The translations under genes were made by a program, and so were the position numbers. A model generated the notes under the pieces. It saw nothing but the letters and a program-made list of their open reading frames with translations. It did not search any database and was not told the origin of the DNA. From Vitrella brassicaformis CCMP3155 (Eukaryota; Protista; Chromerida): a DNA stretch of 64,000 bases. This document shows, one piece after another, positions 1-14,000 of the stretch. Every line of letters begins with the position of its first letter. The first letter of the stretch is position 1. The stretch covers positions 62,001 through 126,000 of the forward strand of contig CDMY01000027.1 in assembly GCA_001179505.1 (NCBI GenBank), written 5' to 3'.

Positions 1-2
1 AT

Positions 3-59
3 GTGGCCCCTGGTGATGTGTTTGCCTACAAGAAGCAGCCTGTCCTTGTCGAGGTGTAG
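3..59 (+). CDS. Possible 3' end of a gene entering from the left edge (VAPGDVFAYKKQPVLVEV*)
   Basis: Short open frame ending in TAG 57-59, followed by UTR-like TG-rich sequence. Too short to identify. Confidence 0.25.
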   Translation: MAPGDVFAYKKQPVLVEV

Positions 60-790
60 GTCGGTGTGCGTGCGGTGCCTGCCTTTTTGGTCTTGATGTG
101 ATAGATGTGATGTGTGACGTGACTGAGAGAGATGCTGACTGACTTAAGAGGTGAGGGCACTTGCCGTTGTGCATTTTTTTGTCTTGTCGATGGATGCCTT
201 TGATGGGGCACGGCAGGGGGGCCTTATTCTGTGTGTTGTCCTGTGGTCTTCTTCGGTTGTCCTGTCTGGTGGGGAGGTGAGAGCTGCAGCCGTCTCTGTG
301 TGTCGAACGGCGGCAACGCCAACTCCCGACCGCGAAGGACGCACCACAACGAAGGCGACGTGACCACGTGAAGACCGAAAGCAAGAAACCAATGGGATCT
401 GTGTATCTTGTCAGGGGTCTCAGCGAATGTATTCCGTCGATTGTATCAATCCATAGCATGCTTGATGGCAGCGACGAGTCAAGTGAAGCCAGCGCCACCA
501 ACCACAATTACGCCTTGTGCGTCCGCATTGCCACACATCTGGACTCAACCTAGTCATGAGACACCGATCGTCCATCGGTTTCTCGCCACGGTCAACAAAG
601 GCAGGGCGATGCGCAAACAGCGAGACACACAGCCAGCAGGATCCACGCATGCTATGCTCTCTGTACAGACGCTGCACGTTTCCATGTATCAATAAAAGGC
701 AAAACTCCTGTACATCCACCCCACTTGACAAACAAAACTGTACACATCAAACGCTCCACGCACACATAGGTACACACACCGTCCTCTCGT

Positions 791-1662
791 CTATCCGCCC
801 ATGACGGGCTCGTCGATCGACTCAGCCGGAGCCGCACCCTCATCGTCATCGGGTACCTTGCCGCCCTCTGCTGGTGATGGATCCTCCTCCTCTGCTTCAC
901 CGCTCGCGTCACCCCCGTCACCATTCGATGATAAGGCGGCCATCTGCTGCTCCTCATGCAGCCACAGACCCTCGCAGAACTTCGCCCATGTCTGCACATA
1001 CACAGACACAAGCCACGAATCTCCTGCGTGTGTCTCTTTGTCTGTCTGTCTGTTTGTCTGTCTGTTGCGTACCAGTCCTCTTGGCGTGTAGATGGAGAGG
1101 ATGCCGATCTCGCTCACGTCAGTGATGTTCCAGTACTCGTTGTCGTAGAAGACTGTCCTCTCTCTGTCCACCCCGCTCTTGCGCACGATCTGGTTGAGGT
1201 GCCGCTGCTTGGAGCCCTGATACATCTCACGAATCGGTGCCACGCTGGCGACGCTCTGCCCACTCGACAGCTGGTACAGCTGCAGGGCGTGCTCAGCCCA
1301 TCGCGGCGTGGTTGTCCGGGACGCAATGGCTATGCGGATCTTGAGATCGACGCAGACATCGAGCACCCGAATGGCGTCGGGACAAAGGCGGAACACGTTG
1401 CCGCGCCTGTCGGTGATGGAGTCGTTGCTTCTCCGCTTGAATGGAGGGCCCTCTGTGTAGTCGATGTCGCCGACCCACAGCGTCTGACACACACAATGGA
1501 CACAGGCCACAGAGATACACATCTGTCTGCGTGCTGCTGTGTATGTGGACCTCGTCTTACATCATCCAAATCGAGGACAATCAGCTCCGGAAGGCAAGAG
1601 AGGCTGCGAATGCCATGCTCGGACCTCTCTTTGTAGACATCCTGATTCCGCATCAGCCGCAT
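791..1662 (-). CDS. MDP1: Magnesium-dependent phosphatase 1-like HAD phosphatase (3 exons)
   Basis: Exons 1662-1561, 1483-1073, 991-791 with GT-AG introns. Splicing creates LIVLDLDD|TLW (HAD DxDxT motif). Also IAIASRT, SKQRH and VFYDNEYWNI motifs typical of MDP-1, and an acidic tail. Confidence 0.87.
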
Positions 1663-1721
1663 CGCAGAAAGCAGGGAAAGGTTCCTAGACCTCGCGACGA
1701 AAAGACAAAGCTCGCAAGGAG

Positions 1722-1731
1722 TTTAGGGTTT
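1722..1731 (-). promoter_or_regulatory. Telo-box-like AAACCCTAAA ~60 nt upstream of the MDP1 start
   Basis: tttagggttt on the + strand; only one perfect promoter-proximal copy, so function is unproven. Confidence 0.25.
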
Positions 1732-2018
1732 CGGACCGAGGATCGATCCGAAACTCATCCACCATCAATCATCACCTCACACCTACTCCCACGAACGAAG
1801 CAGTTGAGGATGCAGGCAACAACGGTCCCCTGGAGCGTCCCATGCGCCGTCCCTCCCATGCACATGGAGCATGGACACTTCTTCTACATTTCGACAGAGG
1901 GCCATGCAGAAATGGCGATGCAAGTCATGCAGTGAACAACTCAAAGTCCACAACTACATTTCGCAGCCCACCTAGGGAGGGAGATGACAAATGCATCCAG
2001 CCAGAGAGATGCATTGAA

Positions 2019-5000
2019 TCAGAATGAGAACCACTCCCCCATTCCCTCTGCTGCCCCTGTCTCAGCCGCCTCCTGGCCCTCCTGTTCAGCTGCCTGCTCG
2101 CGCGCCTGGGTGCCGGCTGCTGCTCCTGCTGCCGCGGCTGTAGCTGTGGCCATCATAGTGGTGCGGACGGCCAGGGGTTTGGCTTCAATAAATGGGTCCA
2201 CGGGTTCGTCTCGGGACTTGCGTCGTTCCTCTTCTTTGAGCCCGGCCACATTCTTGAGTGCTTGCCTCTTGCGCGCGATCTCTTCTTCCTCCTGTGCCTT
2301 GAACTTGCCCTTCCTCTCCCACTCCCTCTGCTGCTTCTCCTCTCGCTTCTTAGTGCTGATGCGCTCGAGCTTCTCCTCGCGAGTCACATGCATGTCCCTG
2401 TCCAGTGCCTCCTTCATCTTGGATAGAACAAGGCTTGTGTTGCCCGTCTCGCGCATCATCTGCCACACCACGCACAGCACAAAGACGAATGCAAGGTAAG
2501 AGAACGGATCGTATATCGTGTCTGGTTACTTACTTGCAGCTCCTCATAGCCCTTTGGCAATTCCTCTTCTTCCTTGACTGAAGGCTCCTCGGGCACAATT
2601 TTGAGAGACTTGCCCCGCTGCAGATTTCGTTGTGAGTCCGTCTGCCTTGACGTGAAGATGGATGGCAGGAGGAATTTGGGCGAGGAGCCGGTCCTCGTGG
2701 GTGAGGATCCGACACTGCTGATGGGGCTGCCGCCCAGAGTGCGATTGCGCTCTCTCATGGCCTCCTTCTTTAGCTTCATGATATCCGACTTGGGCAAGAG
2801 ACCCGCCTGAGACATGAATACAAGACTCAGAATCGGTGCCAATCTGCCGTCTTTTCTGCCGTTGTGTCGTTGCATCACCTTCAGCTTCCAGAGGTCTTCA
2901 GGCCTTGCCCTGGCCAGCGCCCTCTCGAGCGCCTTTTGCTCATATGCCATCATCTCAGCTTGCCAGCCCTCCTCATCAGCCTCGAGAGACGCCCTGCGAT
3001 CTATCCCCCCCATACGAACAATCGCCTGCACGGCGATGATGCTCGCCCTCAGTTTCCTCCGGCGAGCCTTCTGCTCCTCCGTCAAGCTCTCACTCCGTCG
3101 TTTCTTCCAATCTTCGTACTGATACAAAACGGCAGAAGAGTAAGCAGATATGGAGGAAGAAGAGGGCTTGTGCACGGCGGACCTCTGCAAGTTGTTCGAG
3201 TCTCTGCTCTGTCTTGTCGAGCTTCTTGTCCTGCATGTATGGAGACATGACAGCGACAGGACGACATGCAGGCAGGCCCATGTCTCTTTCGCCTCACCGC
3301 GACGACCCCAGTAAAATTAGCCAGCTTGGGCAGCATGAGGAATATGCCATCAAAGCGGTCAGAGCGTGTGCTCCACCACAGCAGCAGGGCCGTGGCGGCT
3401 ATCATGATGATAGGCGTGATGATGAACCGCTGCCCTAGGCCCAAAACACCGCTGATGAGCCAGTCAATCACCTGCTGCTGGTCCACCGTGACGACAAACA
3501 TGAAAAGGTAGAAGATGCAGAATAGCTGAAAGGCGACCGCGATGATGACACCAGCCACATGCTTGCGGTGCCACGTCCGCATGATGGCCACTTTCTGCTC
3601 GACGGTCTTGCGATCATAATAAACCTGCACCCAATCGAGACATGGATGAGCTCTCTTGATCGCCTGATCGCTCTTGCTCCTGTGCGCTGCGCACCTTCTT
3701 CAAAAACAGCTGAGCAAGAAGGATGCTCATAAAAGCACTAAGGCATATGGAGAAAACTGCACACAGACATGTTGCAATCGCGTTCCCGTGATGTCTGCTT
3801 TGCAAGTTACTTACTTCCCACCCAAACCGTTCTGAACGTCACCCGGACCTGCAGGAGCACGAAGGTGCGGCACAGATGCCATGTCTCGTCTCGCCTGGCC
3901 GGTGATGCATACCTACCTGCACTTCCTGGCCTGAGGGGTCGGCCGCCGCGTCCACATCAGTGGCACCAAAGAAGAAAGCGGAGAGGAAAATCGAACAGGT
4001 TAGAGTGGTGGTCAGGACGAGACATCTCTGGAGGCACGTGATGTGTGGCCGAATGACATAGAGGCCGACCACAGGATGGTCCCGCTTGAACACATTCATC
4101 ATGATCTGACGCGGCGACCAGCTGCAAAGTGATCGCCGACATGCACACACTGCTGTTGCTCGTTAATGGCGGCTGCTGACTTGTCTGTCAAGTACCTTTT
4201 GTGGTCTCTACTTGTGACCTCTTTCTTGAGCCGCGTCCGAGTGGTGGGCGACAGATTCCCCTTGGACGCCTTGCCCGTCTCAGCGTCAGTGGGCGATCCC
4301 CCGGACGACTCGGCAGAGCTGGAAGAGCCCGACTCTTCTCCCGCACTCCGCTCACCCTCAGGCCGCCTGATGGAAAGCGCGGATTTTGATGAGTTGACTA
4401 CACTCGTCGTGGATATGTCATCCTTACCTCATGGTCCCGTTGTCAGCATCGGTTGTGCGCTCTGAGGCCATGACGTGGTCTTTCGAAGGAAACACAGCCC
4501 CCTCAACACGCAACGGGCTGCCGCGATCGCGTAACTCCTCGTCTATCTCCATGTGCAGAGCTGTAGGCTGCGGCGGTCTGTCTTGGTCCACGTCGTTTTG
4601 AAATTTGGTCTTCGACGGCACGCCCGGCAGTGGTGGGAGCTTGAACCTGTCCTCTTTCGACACGTCCACTGCACCATTCGCCTTTGGTTTCCGGGCTGAT
4701 GGCTCCTCCTCGGGCTCGGGACGCTTGGTGCCGTCGGTAATACTGTCGGCGCGCAAAACAGTCGCCTGTGACCTGGCGAAAGGCAGGAAATGGGTGCATT
4801 ATTCAGCTTCCACCGATCGGTGGTTGTCCTGCACCTTCGCTTCCGCAGCAGCTGCACGAGGGCCGAGTATTTCTGCATCCCTCGGGCGAAGAATCCCTTT
4901 TTCTTGGCAGGCTTGTCTTCGTCTTCCGTTGCCTGTTCGGGGCTTGGTGCCTCTTTTATCGCCACGTCGACCTTCTTTTTGCGCTTCTTCTTTCTGCCGC

Positions 5001-8000
5001 CGATGTCTTCCTGTGGGCCCTCCGGCCGGATCTCAGCCTACGATGAACAGTCGAGACCGAAAGGTTAGGCTGTTGTCTTTCGCTGCCATTTCTACCTCGG
5101 TGTACATGAAGGAGAACAGGATGATGAAGGTCATCGCAAAGATGCCTGCACACGCAGCCAGTCATTCACTTCAATGGTCGTCAGGAGACACACGCGCCCA
5201 CCAGGGTTCTTTGGCTTCCATCCACGCGGCATGAGATCCATGAACATCAGCTTCACCAACTTTTCCTCTGAATAGCCAAAGCGGGCATCTGCAGGGGCGG
5301 ACACAAACTATCAAGCTATGCCGTCCGTATGCACTCTTTTCTCTTTAATCGGCTGACCGACGAATATCGCGTTGACATTGATGCTGACGACGAGGGCGAT
5401 CAGGAAAGCCAAGAAGTAGATGCCGTATGTAGTAAAGGATATCTTGGACAGCTGGTTGAAGTTCGTCAACACCTGCGCAACACGAAGACAAGCAACCATG
5501 TTTGCTTCTTGTGAATCTTTTCCTCTCCCTCGAATTGGGTACATCGTAGTTTGATTCTGTGAGAACGTTTCTGCCCTCCTCAATGAAAGCCCCGAAGGAC
5601 GTCAGGTGGGTGCACAGGCACACCACACATGTGCTATCATCGGTCTGATTCAGCACGCTGCAGCCCTCATCCGTCCACTCGCCGCCCGCATAGTATCTGA
5701 ATACACGAGAGAATAAGGGAGGCATCCCTGGCCAAGGAATGAATGGCTTGTCTGTTGACCTGCATCCAGTCTTTGGTTCGGCAAAGCGTTTCTTGAGAGC
5801 TTCTGTGTCTGATGCTTCTGGCGGCTCAAACTCACGCGGCTGCGCACACAGCCGAAACACAAAGCCGTCATCCAGGCCACGGATGCTGCGCGACTACGAG
5901 GGGTTCAGCATATGGGGTTCAGCATATGGCAGAGTTTCTTGCATCGCTATTCCTTCTCGTCTGACCTCTTGCTTCGATCCATCCACTAGCGAAGGAGTCA
6001 GGATGTCGAACGACTTGACTCCCGACTGGAGGGCCGGGTCACCCCGCTGCAGCAACCGCTCCTCTCCCTGCAGCCCCCTCAGCCTTCTCTCATACTGGTC
6101 TTGCAGCTGCAGTCTCCGCGCTGTGTCGATATTGGTCAGGAAGGGGTCGAAAGAGTAATCCTGATTCAGACAAGAGAAGCCCAAGGCACGCACCTGCGAG
6201 CCCTCAACGTGACCGCTGAAGTAGGCATTCAGGTTCTGACCCAAAACACCGACGCAGAAAGAATGTCAGTCAGTGTGTCTGCTTCCCTTCTCACTCACCT
6301 CAGCTGGCAGCTCCACGCCTCCAGGACATGTGAGTCTCACAACAGGAGCATCAGCCTCGTCGGCGTCATCATCGGTCAGGTCGGGTGACGGCGTGCTGTC
6401 AGACGGAGGTGGAGTGGACGCACCTTGAAGCGACCGCTGTGTCGCCCCGAGAGCCCTCCGGCGTCTACTTGTCTCGCTCTGGAAGAGGTCGTAGCTGACA
6501 CGCTGACCTCCAAGGGCAATCATCGGGCTGTTGAACTCACTCGCCTCCCCCGTGTCTCCATCCAGCTGTTCGACGGCCGTCTGTCCGAGGCCGAAGGCCA
6601 GGCTGCGTGCGGTCGTGACGAACGGGGTGGGATTGGACACCTCGTCGTCTTCTCCCGTCTGCAGTCTTCTGCGTCTTCTTGCCTCGTAGGTCTGGAAGCT
6701 CTCGACCGATTCCTCCACTGTGTTCTGGATGACCGACAAGATCGAGCTGCCAGACTTCTCCCGAAACTTTTCACTCGAGGCACGCTGCGAGCCGAGGAGG
6801 GAAGAAGTGATGTCTTGGGCAGATTCCAGCTGGACAGGTCCGAGGGAGACGGTCTCGCCTTCATCAGTGAGAAGCCGGCCATTGAGAGAGCTGGCGGGGC
6901 AGTTCTCGGGCATTGTTCCGGTTGTTTCGGCAGGTGCGTTGCGAGAGCTGTTGGTGATCTGTAGGAGCGCCGAGCCCTGCAGGAAGGAGAAGACATGAAG
7001 CCAGTGCGTCATGTGTGTCGAGCGACTAAGTCTGTGCCTCATTCTCGCCTGTTGGTCCACTGCGTCTGCCGAGATATCTGTGCCCTGCTGGCTCGAGTCC
7101 AGTGCATCGAGTAGCCCACTCTGCAGCGACCTCACCTCTCCCTTTACCGTCCCATTGCAGCCTTCACCGATGCTCGCGGCAGCCAAACCAACGATAGATG
7201 TCACCGCGGCGCTGTCAGCATACTTTCGCTCGGATGTCACTAGTCGCTGCAGGTTCGTCGGAGGCAGAGCAGTAGCGTCCACAGTGATGTTAATAATCGC
7301 GTAAGAGACGGCACCCAGGCTGTCTCGCACCCATCCGATGATGAAGAGGGGGTCGCCGCTCCGCAGCTTGGTCCTCATGGTGTGGCTGACCGACCAAGGG
7401 CCGAGCAGCTGATGGTTGGGGTCATTCACGTCCACAGTGGCAGGTAGTTGATAAGTCGCCTGACTGTCTGTGTCGTTGAGCAGGAGTGAGGCGAACCGAT
7501 AGTGAAGTGGCGTGTCGTCATCTTGCCACCCTGACTGAGTCAGGGTAAACTCTGTCAGCAGCTGAGTCCCGTTGGAAGGCGAGCACGTCACCACACCGAG
7601 TGCCGGCGGTGCATTCACATACATCTGAAAATAAACACGACAGCATGAAGACCCTCTTTTGTATGTATTCATGTCTCGCGTGTGTCTCAAGGACCTCGTT
7701 TGAGTCGACAGTCATGACAGCCCCACCGCCCTCGAGCATCATGGTGAATGTGTACCTCCTGTTCGCCTGCAACACGCCCTCCTCCGGCCGGATGATGGCC
7801 ACAAAGGCCACCTCCATTACTCCATGCACACCAACAGGGTAGGGCGGTGCCTCCATCTCCCCCGCCACCACACTCTCATCCTCGTCGTTGAGCAGAAACT
7901 GCACGGCCGTGTCCTCTGGCAGCGCGGAGCATTCACCATCTTTCGACAACCGCAAGAACGCGCGAAGAGTCAGCATCTGGTCTGTGGGAAAGCGGTCCGT

Positions 8001-11000
8001 CAGGTACTCAAACTCGGCAGTGGGAATCACCGGCAGGCTGGTGTCAATCGCATCGTCGATCGTCACCTCTGCCTGGGCCTCCGCTTCAAAAATTGGATCA
8101 ATGGCTGTGTCGAGGTCCGGATCGTCCCATTTATAGAACACCCGCACGATGAAGACGTACACAGACCCAGGAGTGGGCAAGTAAGCCGCTGGGAAGATCA
8201 GTTTTGGCTGAGAGAAGTCGAGGATGTTGGACTCGACAAGGGACGCGTAGGTCGTGCCATCCCGCGCGCGGCATACGTCAGCTGTATTGTCGTCTGGGTC
8301 GAGCATGCACAGAGTTGAGTTATTGATCGGTGAAGCGGTGGCAACATTTTCCTCAGGCGGCAGGATTACTTGCACTCTTTTGCCGTCTTCTGGAGTGCTG
8401 GCCACATGGCACCTGCAGTGCAGAACAGGAACAAAAACAGACCCGTACACCACGTGTCTCTTTTTTCTTACGTCCACTCGAACTGGAGTCTGGGGGCATA
8501 ATCAGGCTTTGGCTGAGCGATGCTGTAAGTGGGGTCGCGAGACCTCGACGCATCAAGCAGTAACGGACACCTACACAGACCAGCAAGTCATTGCCAGAAG
8601 CCGTAGTCTCTCTGCATCAATTCTCTTTTGCGGCGACAACCGCATTCACCGTGGGTCAGCGTTGATCCTAGGGGGAGAGAGTACGGCGATGGGTTTCTGG
8701 GGCTCCCTCACTCTGACTTCAAAGGTCACTTGCGAGAACGGGGTGTCACTGGTTGGATAATACTTGGCATCCTCCTCTTGGCGAATGGCGTGCCACGAGG
8801 GGCCCTTGGTAGTCCGCTGCTTGTGCGTCATCTGAGGCATGGCGTCAACATCGATGGTCACGGAGGGAGGGGCAATGGTGCTGCCGTTGGTCCCGGTGGG
8901 AGGCAGTGTGGTGGCGGGAAGTATGACGTTCAAATCGTCACCAGTGCTGTTTGATGGCTGCAGAGCACGTCTCGATGTGAAAAGGCCACCACGTATGCTC
9001 GACGCGAGGGAACTGAGCCACTGGAGCTGCGGCTTGCTCCTCGATTCCAGACCATGTTTCTCCTTTTCCGTTCTCCTTTCCAGTCGCCGTCGCCTCACCC
9101 TCTCAGAAACAGTCTCCGTCTCGCGAGTGCGGTAGAAGGCGATGACATCGAAGGTGTAGTTGTGGGAAGCCTTGACAGAGTTGGGCGGGATGCGGAAAGA
9201 CGCTGGTGACTGGCTGAGAGCCTTAGTTACCAAATGACATCCATGGCACAACTCTGCAGGATGGATGCTGTGAGCCTGCCTCTTTGCCTGTCTCTGTGCT
9301 GGTGTGTACCTTCAATGCGTCCACGTCAAGTGCATGGCGCCACTGCTCGAGCTCTTGTGTGCGCTGTCGCCACTTGTAGACGGTCTCCACGTCGTCTGTG
9401 CGGGCCACAGCGCAATTCTCGACTGCTCCGCCGATCGGCTTGGCACCCAGCAGGGCGTCCTGCCGCACACGAAGAGAGAGCTGCGACTGCGCACGTGAGG
9501 TGATGACGGGCAAGTCTTGAAGTACGAAGCGGATCGTGACGTCTTGCACTGACGAACATCAGATACACAGTGGTTGGGCCTGCCTCCCTCCCTGCGCGCT
9601 TCTCATCTACCAGCTGTCAGGTTGAGAAAATTCTGCACCGTGACTCGGATAATGAAAGGGTCGGACTCGATGGCCTTGCCGGCTGCGTCTCTTCTGCTGG
9701 AGGAGAGACCGCCTCTCGGGTCGTGGAGAAGAATGCGGGTGGTTGTGTTGCTCTCAAGAATGAGGGCCTGGTAGAGAGGATCGTTTTTCAGCTGGAGATC
9801 CGGATCAAGCTGCGAAAGAGAGAAACAGTCAACCAAGGTTGTATTCACATCGTAGCATTGCTTCACTTACGCCGATCCCCACGTCGCCAGCGCCAATGTG
9901 GGTCAGGTCCCATCTGCCGTCGATGCAGCAACAAGCGACTACGCCCATGCCGACGTAGCCCACACTCTTGCAAGTTCGGTCGGGCGTCGATATGCACGTC
10001 GTGTTCTCGATGCACGTCAGCTCATCAGGAATGGCCATCGGGGGAGGCTCAAGATCGCTCGGCAGCAGCTGGAAGTTCGGCTGGTTGGTGAACCCCTCCA
10101 GCAAGCTGTTGATGTAGCTCTTGAGCCGCTCCCCTCCAGGCGATGAGACAGCTTCGTATTTGATGGTGAGTGGCCTGCCTCCCCCTCCTTCGGCCCTCAC
10201 AGCCACCGACAGCGAGATGCAGGGAGTCGTGACGGATGGGGCAATCACCTCAATCGTGGGAGGGATGAGGACAGACTCCTTCGGCCGGTCGAGCATCGTT
10301 GAAATATCACCAGTCGCCTTCGGTGCATACCTGCTGTCCAGGCCGCTTTGAATAAGCTGCAGGCGTCTCACGCTGCTCTTGATGCCCCACGGATACCTCC
10401 TGGCCACCAGCGGCTCTCTGTCGACCAACAAACCCCTCTCTCTCGTCACAGATTGGGTCAGTCGCCGCCAGTGCGATCGGTGAGAGGCCGTGAGCCGTCT
10501 GCGAGACTCAAGAAACTTCATCATGTCGCTCGACTGAGCGGTGCCGGTGATGACGTTGCCCTTGAGACCGATTTGCTGGCCGACGCGGACTTTGCTTGTG
10601 CGCCCCGGCGACACTGCCAGCTGTGATGGGCGGGCCCACAGGCACTCAGCGTCGCTCCCGACTCGAGCGTACGTCTCGTCATCCAACAAGTGCAGGCACG
10701 TCTCTCTGAGGGCCTGAGTTTGAGACTTGCCGTTGCCCTGTGGGACGCGCGCACGGTTGGTGGGAACGTCGAAGTCGATGTAGAAAATGGTGAAGCTGCT
10801 GTGGAGGTAGGCGTCGATAACCTGACAGACAGGATGAAGACAATGCGACTATTCGAATCCCTTCCTGGCCGCCTTGGTTACTTTGGGTGCTTCGAGTGGC
10901 AGGCAGTAGTGCGTCGTGGTGAGCTCGGCTCGCACTTCGGCACACGAGCGGAAGACGGGCATGCCACACATCTCCGCAAAGCACGTGAGTGACATGTCGC

Positions 11001-14000
11001 CGGGCACAGAGGGGTCGTCGCAGTTGAAGAGAGAGGCGCTGTACGGCTGCAGACTCTCCTGCAAGGAGTCTTCGCACAGCGGAGAACAAACCGAGGGGCC
11101 GTCCTGGATGGAATAGTCAGCGCCCCCAGCTGGCCTTGGTGGAATCAATTGTTCAACACATTGCCAGCTAGGCTGCGAATCGACCAACAGGAAGGAACGG
11201 AAATGGGTTGGCGTCCCAGCTGCTTTTACATCTCTTTCACCACTCACCTCGATCTGGCATTGCGAATTGCATCCGTCGCCAGACTTTTTGTTGTTGTCAT
11301 CGCAGACTTCGGTCGCATTTTCTCCGTCAACCTTCGCGCCGATCACCATCATCCCATCGCCACAATCCCTTTAGCAGCATGAAACACGTCCACGACCGTC
11401 TCTAACTCATACATATCTTTCTTACTTACGGGGCGCATTCGGACGGCAGGCCGACACACCGCCAGCCCTCCTCGACCTGACACTTGCTACTGCAACCTGC
11501 CACAGAGAGAATGGAAGTAACACATATCATGGTGTCCCTTTCCCTGTGTGTAGCCGTCTGCACATACCGTCACCCGATTCGGCGTTACCATCTGAAGCAG
11601 CGCAGGAGGATGCATCAAAGAGACAAACAGGTAGAGACACAGATACAGAGGCAGACACACGTATGTGTCCTGTTTGTAGGTACCATCGCACTGTTCGCCC
11701 TCGACCATAAACGAGTCCCCACATATCGGAAACACACCCCGCTGGATGCTGAAACCCCAACCTGGAACAAATAGAGGTAATCACATTTGTCCCCGTATGT
11801 CACCAGGCTCCCTTTAGTTACCTCTCTCAAGAGTGCAGTCGCCTGCACACCTGACGAACAGGCAGAGAGACGCGCCCATTCCTTTGTGTGTTGTCGACGT
11901 CGTAGCATTACCCGTCTCCTCCCTGCATCATTTAGAGCACAAAGACATGGCTGATGGATGCTTAGCCGTATTATGCCATGCAGTGCACCTGTGTATTGCC
12001 ATCGTCGCACTACAGCACACACACGTACGCATGACAGGGCCTCCGTGACCGGATGAGCACAAAGAGCAGGAGCTGTCAGCTGACCTCTTCTATGTATGTG
12101 GGAGGCAGGTTGAAGCGCTCCACCAGGTCCCTCCTCACGGACAGCAGCCGACGGTCGCCGCAAGACGGGTCGCCTAGGACTTGCATGACACCTATCTGAG
12201 CTGCACATAAAGCAAAACACATGAAAAAAGCACCGCTATGCTCTCATTTAGTGTCTCACCTTGGAAGGGGTCGTATTCGGTCTTTTCGTAGTCTCTGTCC
12301 TCGGCTTCGGGCGCCAGACAAACGAAGTACCTGGCCGGGCGGAACGCCATGATGCCGTCAAAGGTCAGGACCTGGGGGGAGGACAGCGTGAGATTAGCCT
12401 GGGTTGGCTGCGCTGGGACGGTCGCCTTGCTGGGGAACTCTCCTCGCCCGCAGTCGCTAACGACATCCACCAGACGGATGCGGTTCTTTGCCGGATTCAG
12501 CCTGTGCCAATGAAGCAAGGTGCTTGTTTCACAGTGATCCGTCCCACACGCAAACATACCCGTGACCGACGATTGAGATGGACCCAGGGACGAACGCCAG
12601 AACAGAGAACTCAGACGGCTGATTGGCGAATGCGCCGAACACGTGGACAATACCGACGTTGAGCCACTTGGGGTCGACTGGACCCTTCTCGCCCAGCTGG
12701 ATTCACGAATCCAACACACAGGACAGACACTGCTCGATGGACCTGCTTCTCTCGTTGCTCACTCATACCACTGGCGAGTCACTGTATCTCCAGCAAAGGT
12801 AGTAGGCGGCGCCGCCACCGATACCGCCTCCAGGATACACCAGCGTTCGAGCAGTCTGGCCCTCGTCTGATCGTTTATGTATACATACGAGACACATTGA
12901 GGCCGACGAGTGGTGTCTCACCGTTTATCTCGATCGATTCATCAAGGTAGATGTCGTTCGTGTCGGCCGTCGTGCCCGTCTCGCAGACGTCGTCGCCGGC
13001 AAACGGCAGCATCGTCCAGGGAATCACCGGCACTTGGGGAGGAGTCACCTCGACAAGCGGATAAAGATCATAGGGCGGCACAACGAGCTTCCAAGTGTTG
13101 AAGAACTGGAATCCGACACCCCTGATCTCGATGTAGTTCCTAAGCTGTGCGAAGACCTCAAACTGCTGTTCGCTGAAAGGACCTGGGATCGTCACGTGAC
13201 CCACAGGCACCAGCTGCTGATAACCCGTCACGACAGAAAGAACGCTGCTCAGCCGCCGTCCGTCTTGACTGTGTAGTCTTCTGAACTCCTGCTCGTGCTC
13301 AAGAAACGGAGCAGGGGCGGGGCTTGGTGTCTCATTTCTGTCTCCATTCCAGCTGTCTGGTTCGCAGTCTTCAGCACACCAACACACGCCATAAACGCCG
13401 GGGATGGTTATTTGAGCCACCTCCAAAACCAGCGACTCTTCCTCGCACTCCTGCCCCACCACGCAGGTGCTGTTCTCGTGACGGCTGGCAGTGGCATTGA
13501 GCGTCACGTTGGGTGTGTCCAGGCGCACACGCCAGTCAAAGCTCTTGCTGCACTCGAATGAGAATTCCATCACGCTGCTGGTGGTGTTGTCGCCCGTCTC
13601 GCGGGGGGACGATGTGGTGCCGAGAAGGAAGATCGCTGACGCGCTCGACAAGTGGTAGCCCCTCATCTCGACAGAGAAGGGTGCGAATATGATTCCAGCA
13701 AACTGCTGGGGGATGATGGGGCCCTGCACGTTCACTGTGCCCACAGTGGTGGCCTCTGACAGACTGGAGTCCGCAGATGGCAGAAAGCAGATGGTGTGCA
13801 GGCCGGCCTCCCGGATGTAGCCAGTCGACAGCACCGCCACCTTGTTCGTCTCCGCGTTGGTTACGTCGGCCTCGATGGCACTCCAATCACTCACGGCGCC
13901 TTCCTTTGCCGCACACCCGCTGATCGCCGCTTTGTCAGCGGCGAGAGAGGGCGGCAGGGCGGGAGGTGACACCTGATTGGTGATGGTGCACAGGGTGATG

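Noticed and set aside
5894-5965. Apparent in-frame stop and 14-bp duplication (gggttcagcatatg x2) suggesting the receptor is a pseudogene
   Set aside because: A phase-0 intron (GAG|GTCAGA ... TAG|TCG on the minus strand) removes both and restores SKQE|SRSIRGLDDGFVF.
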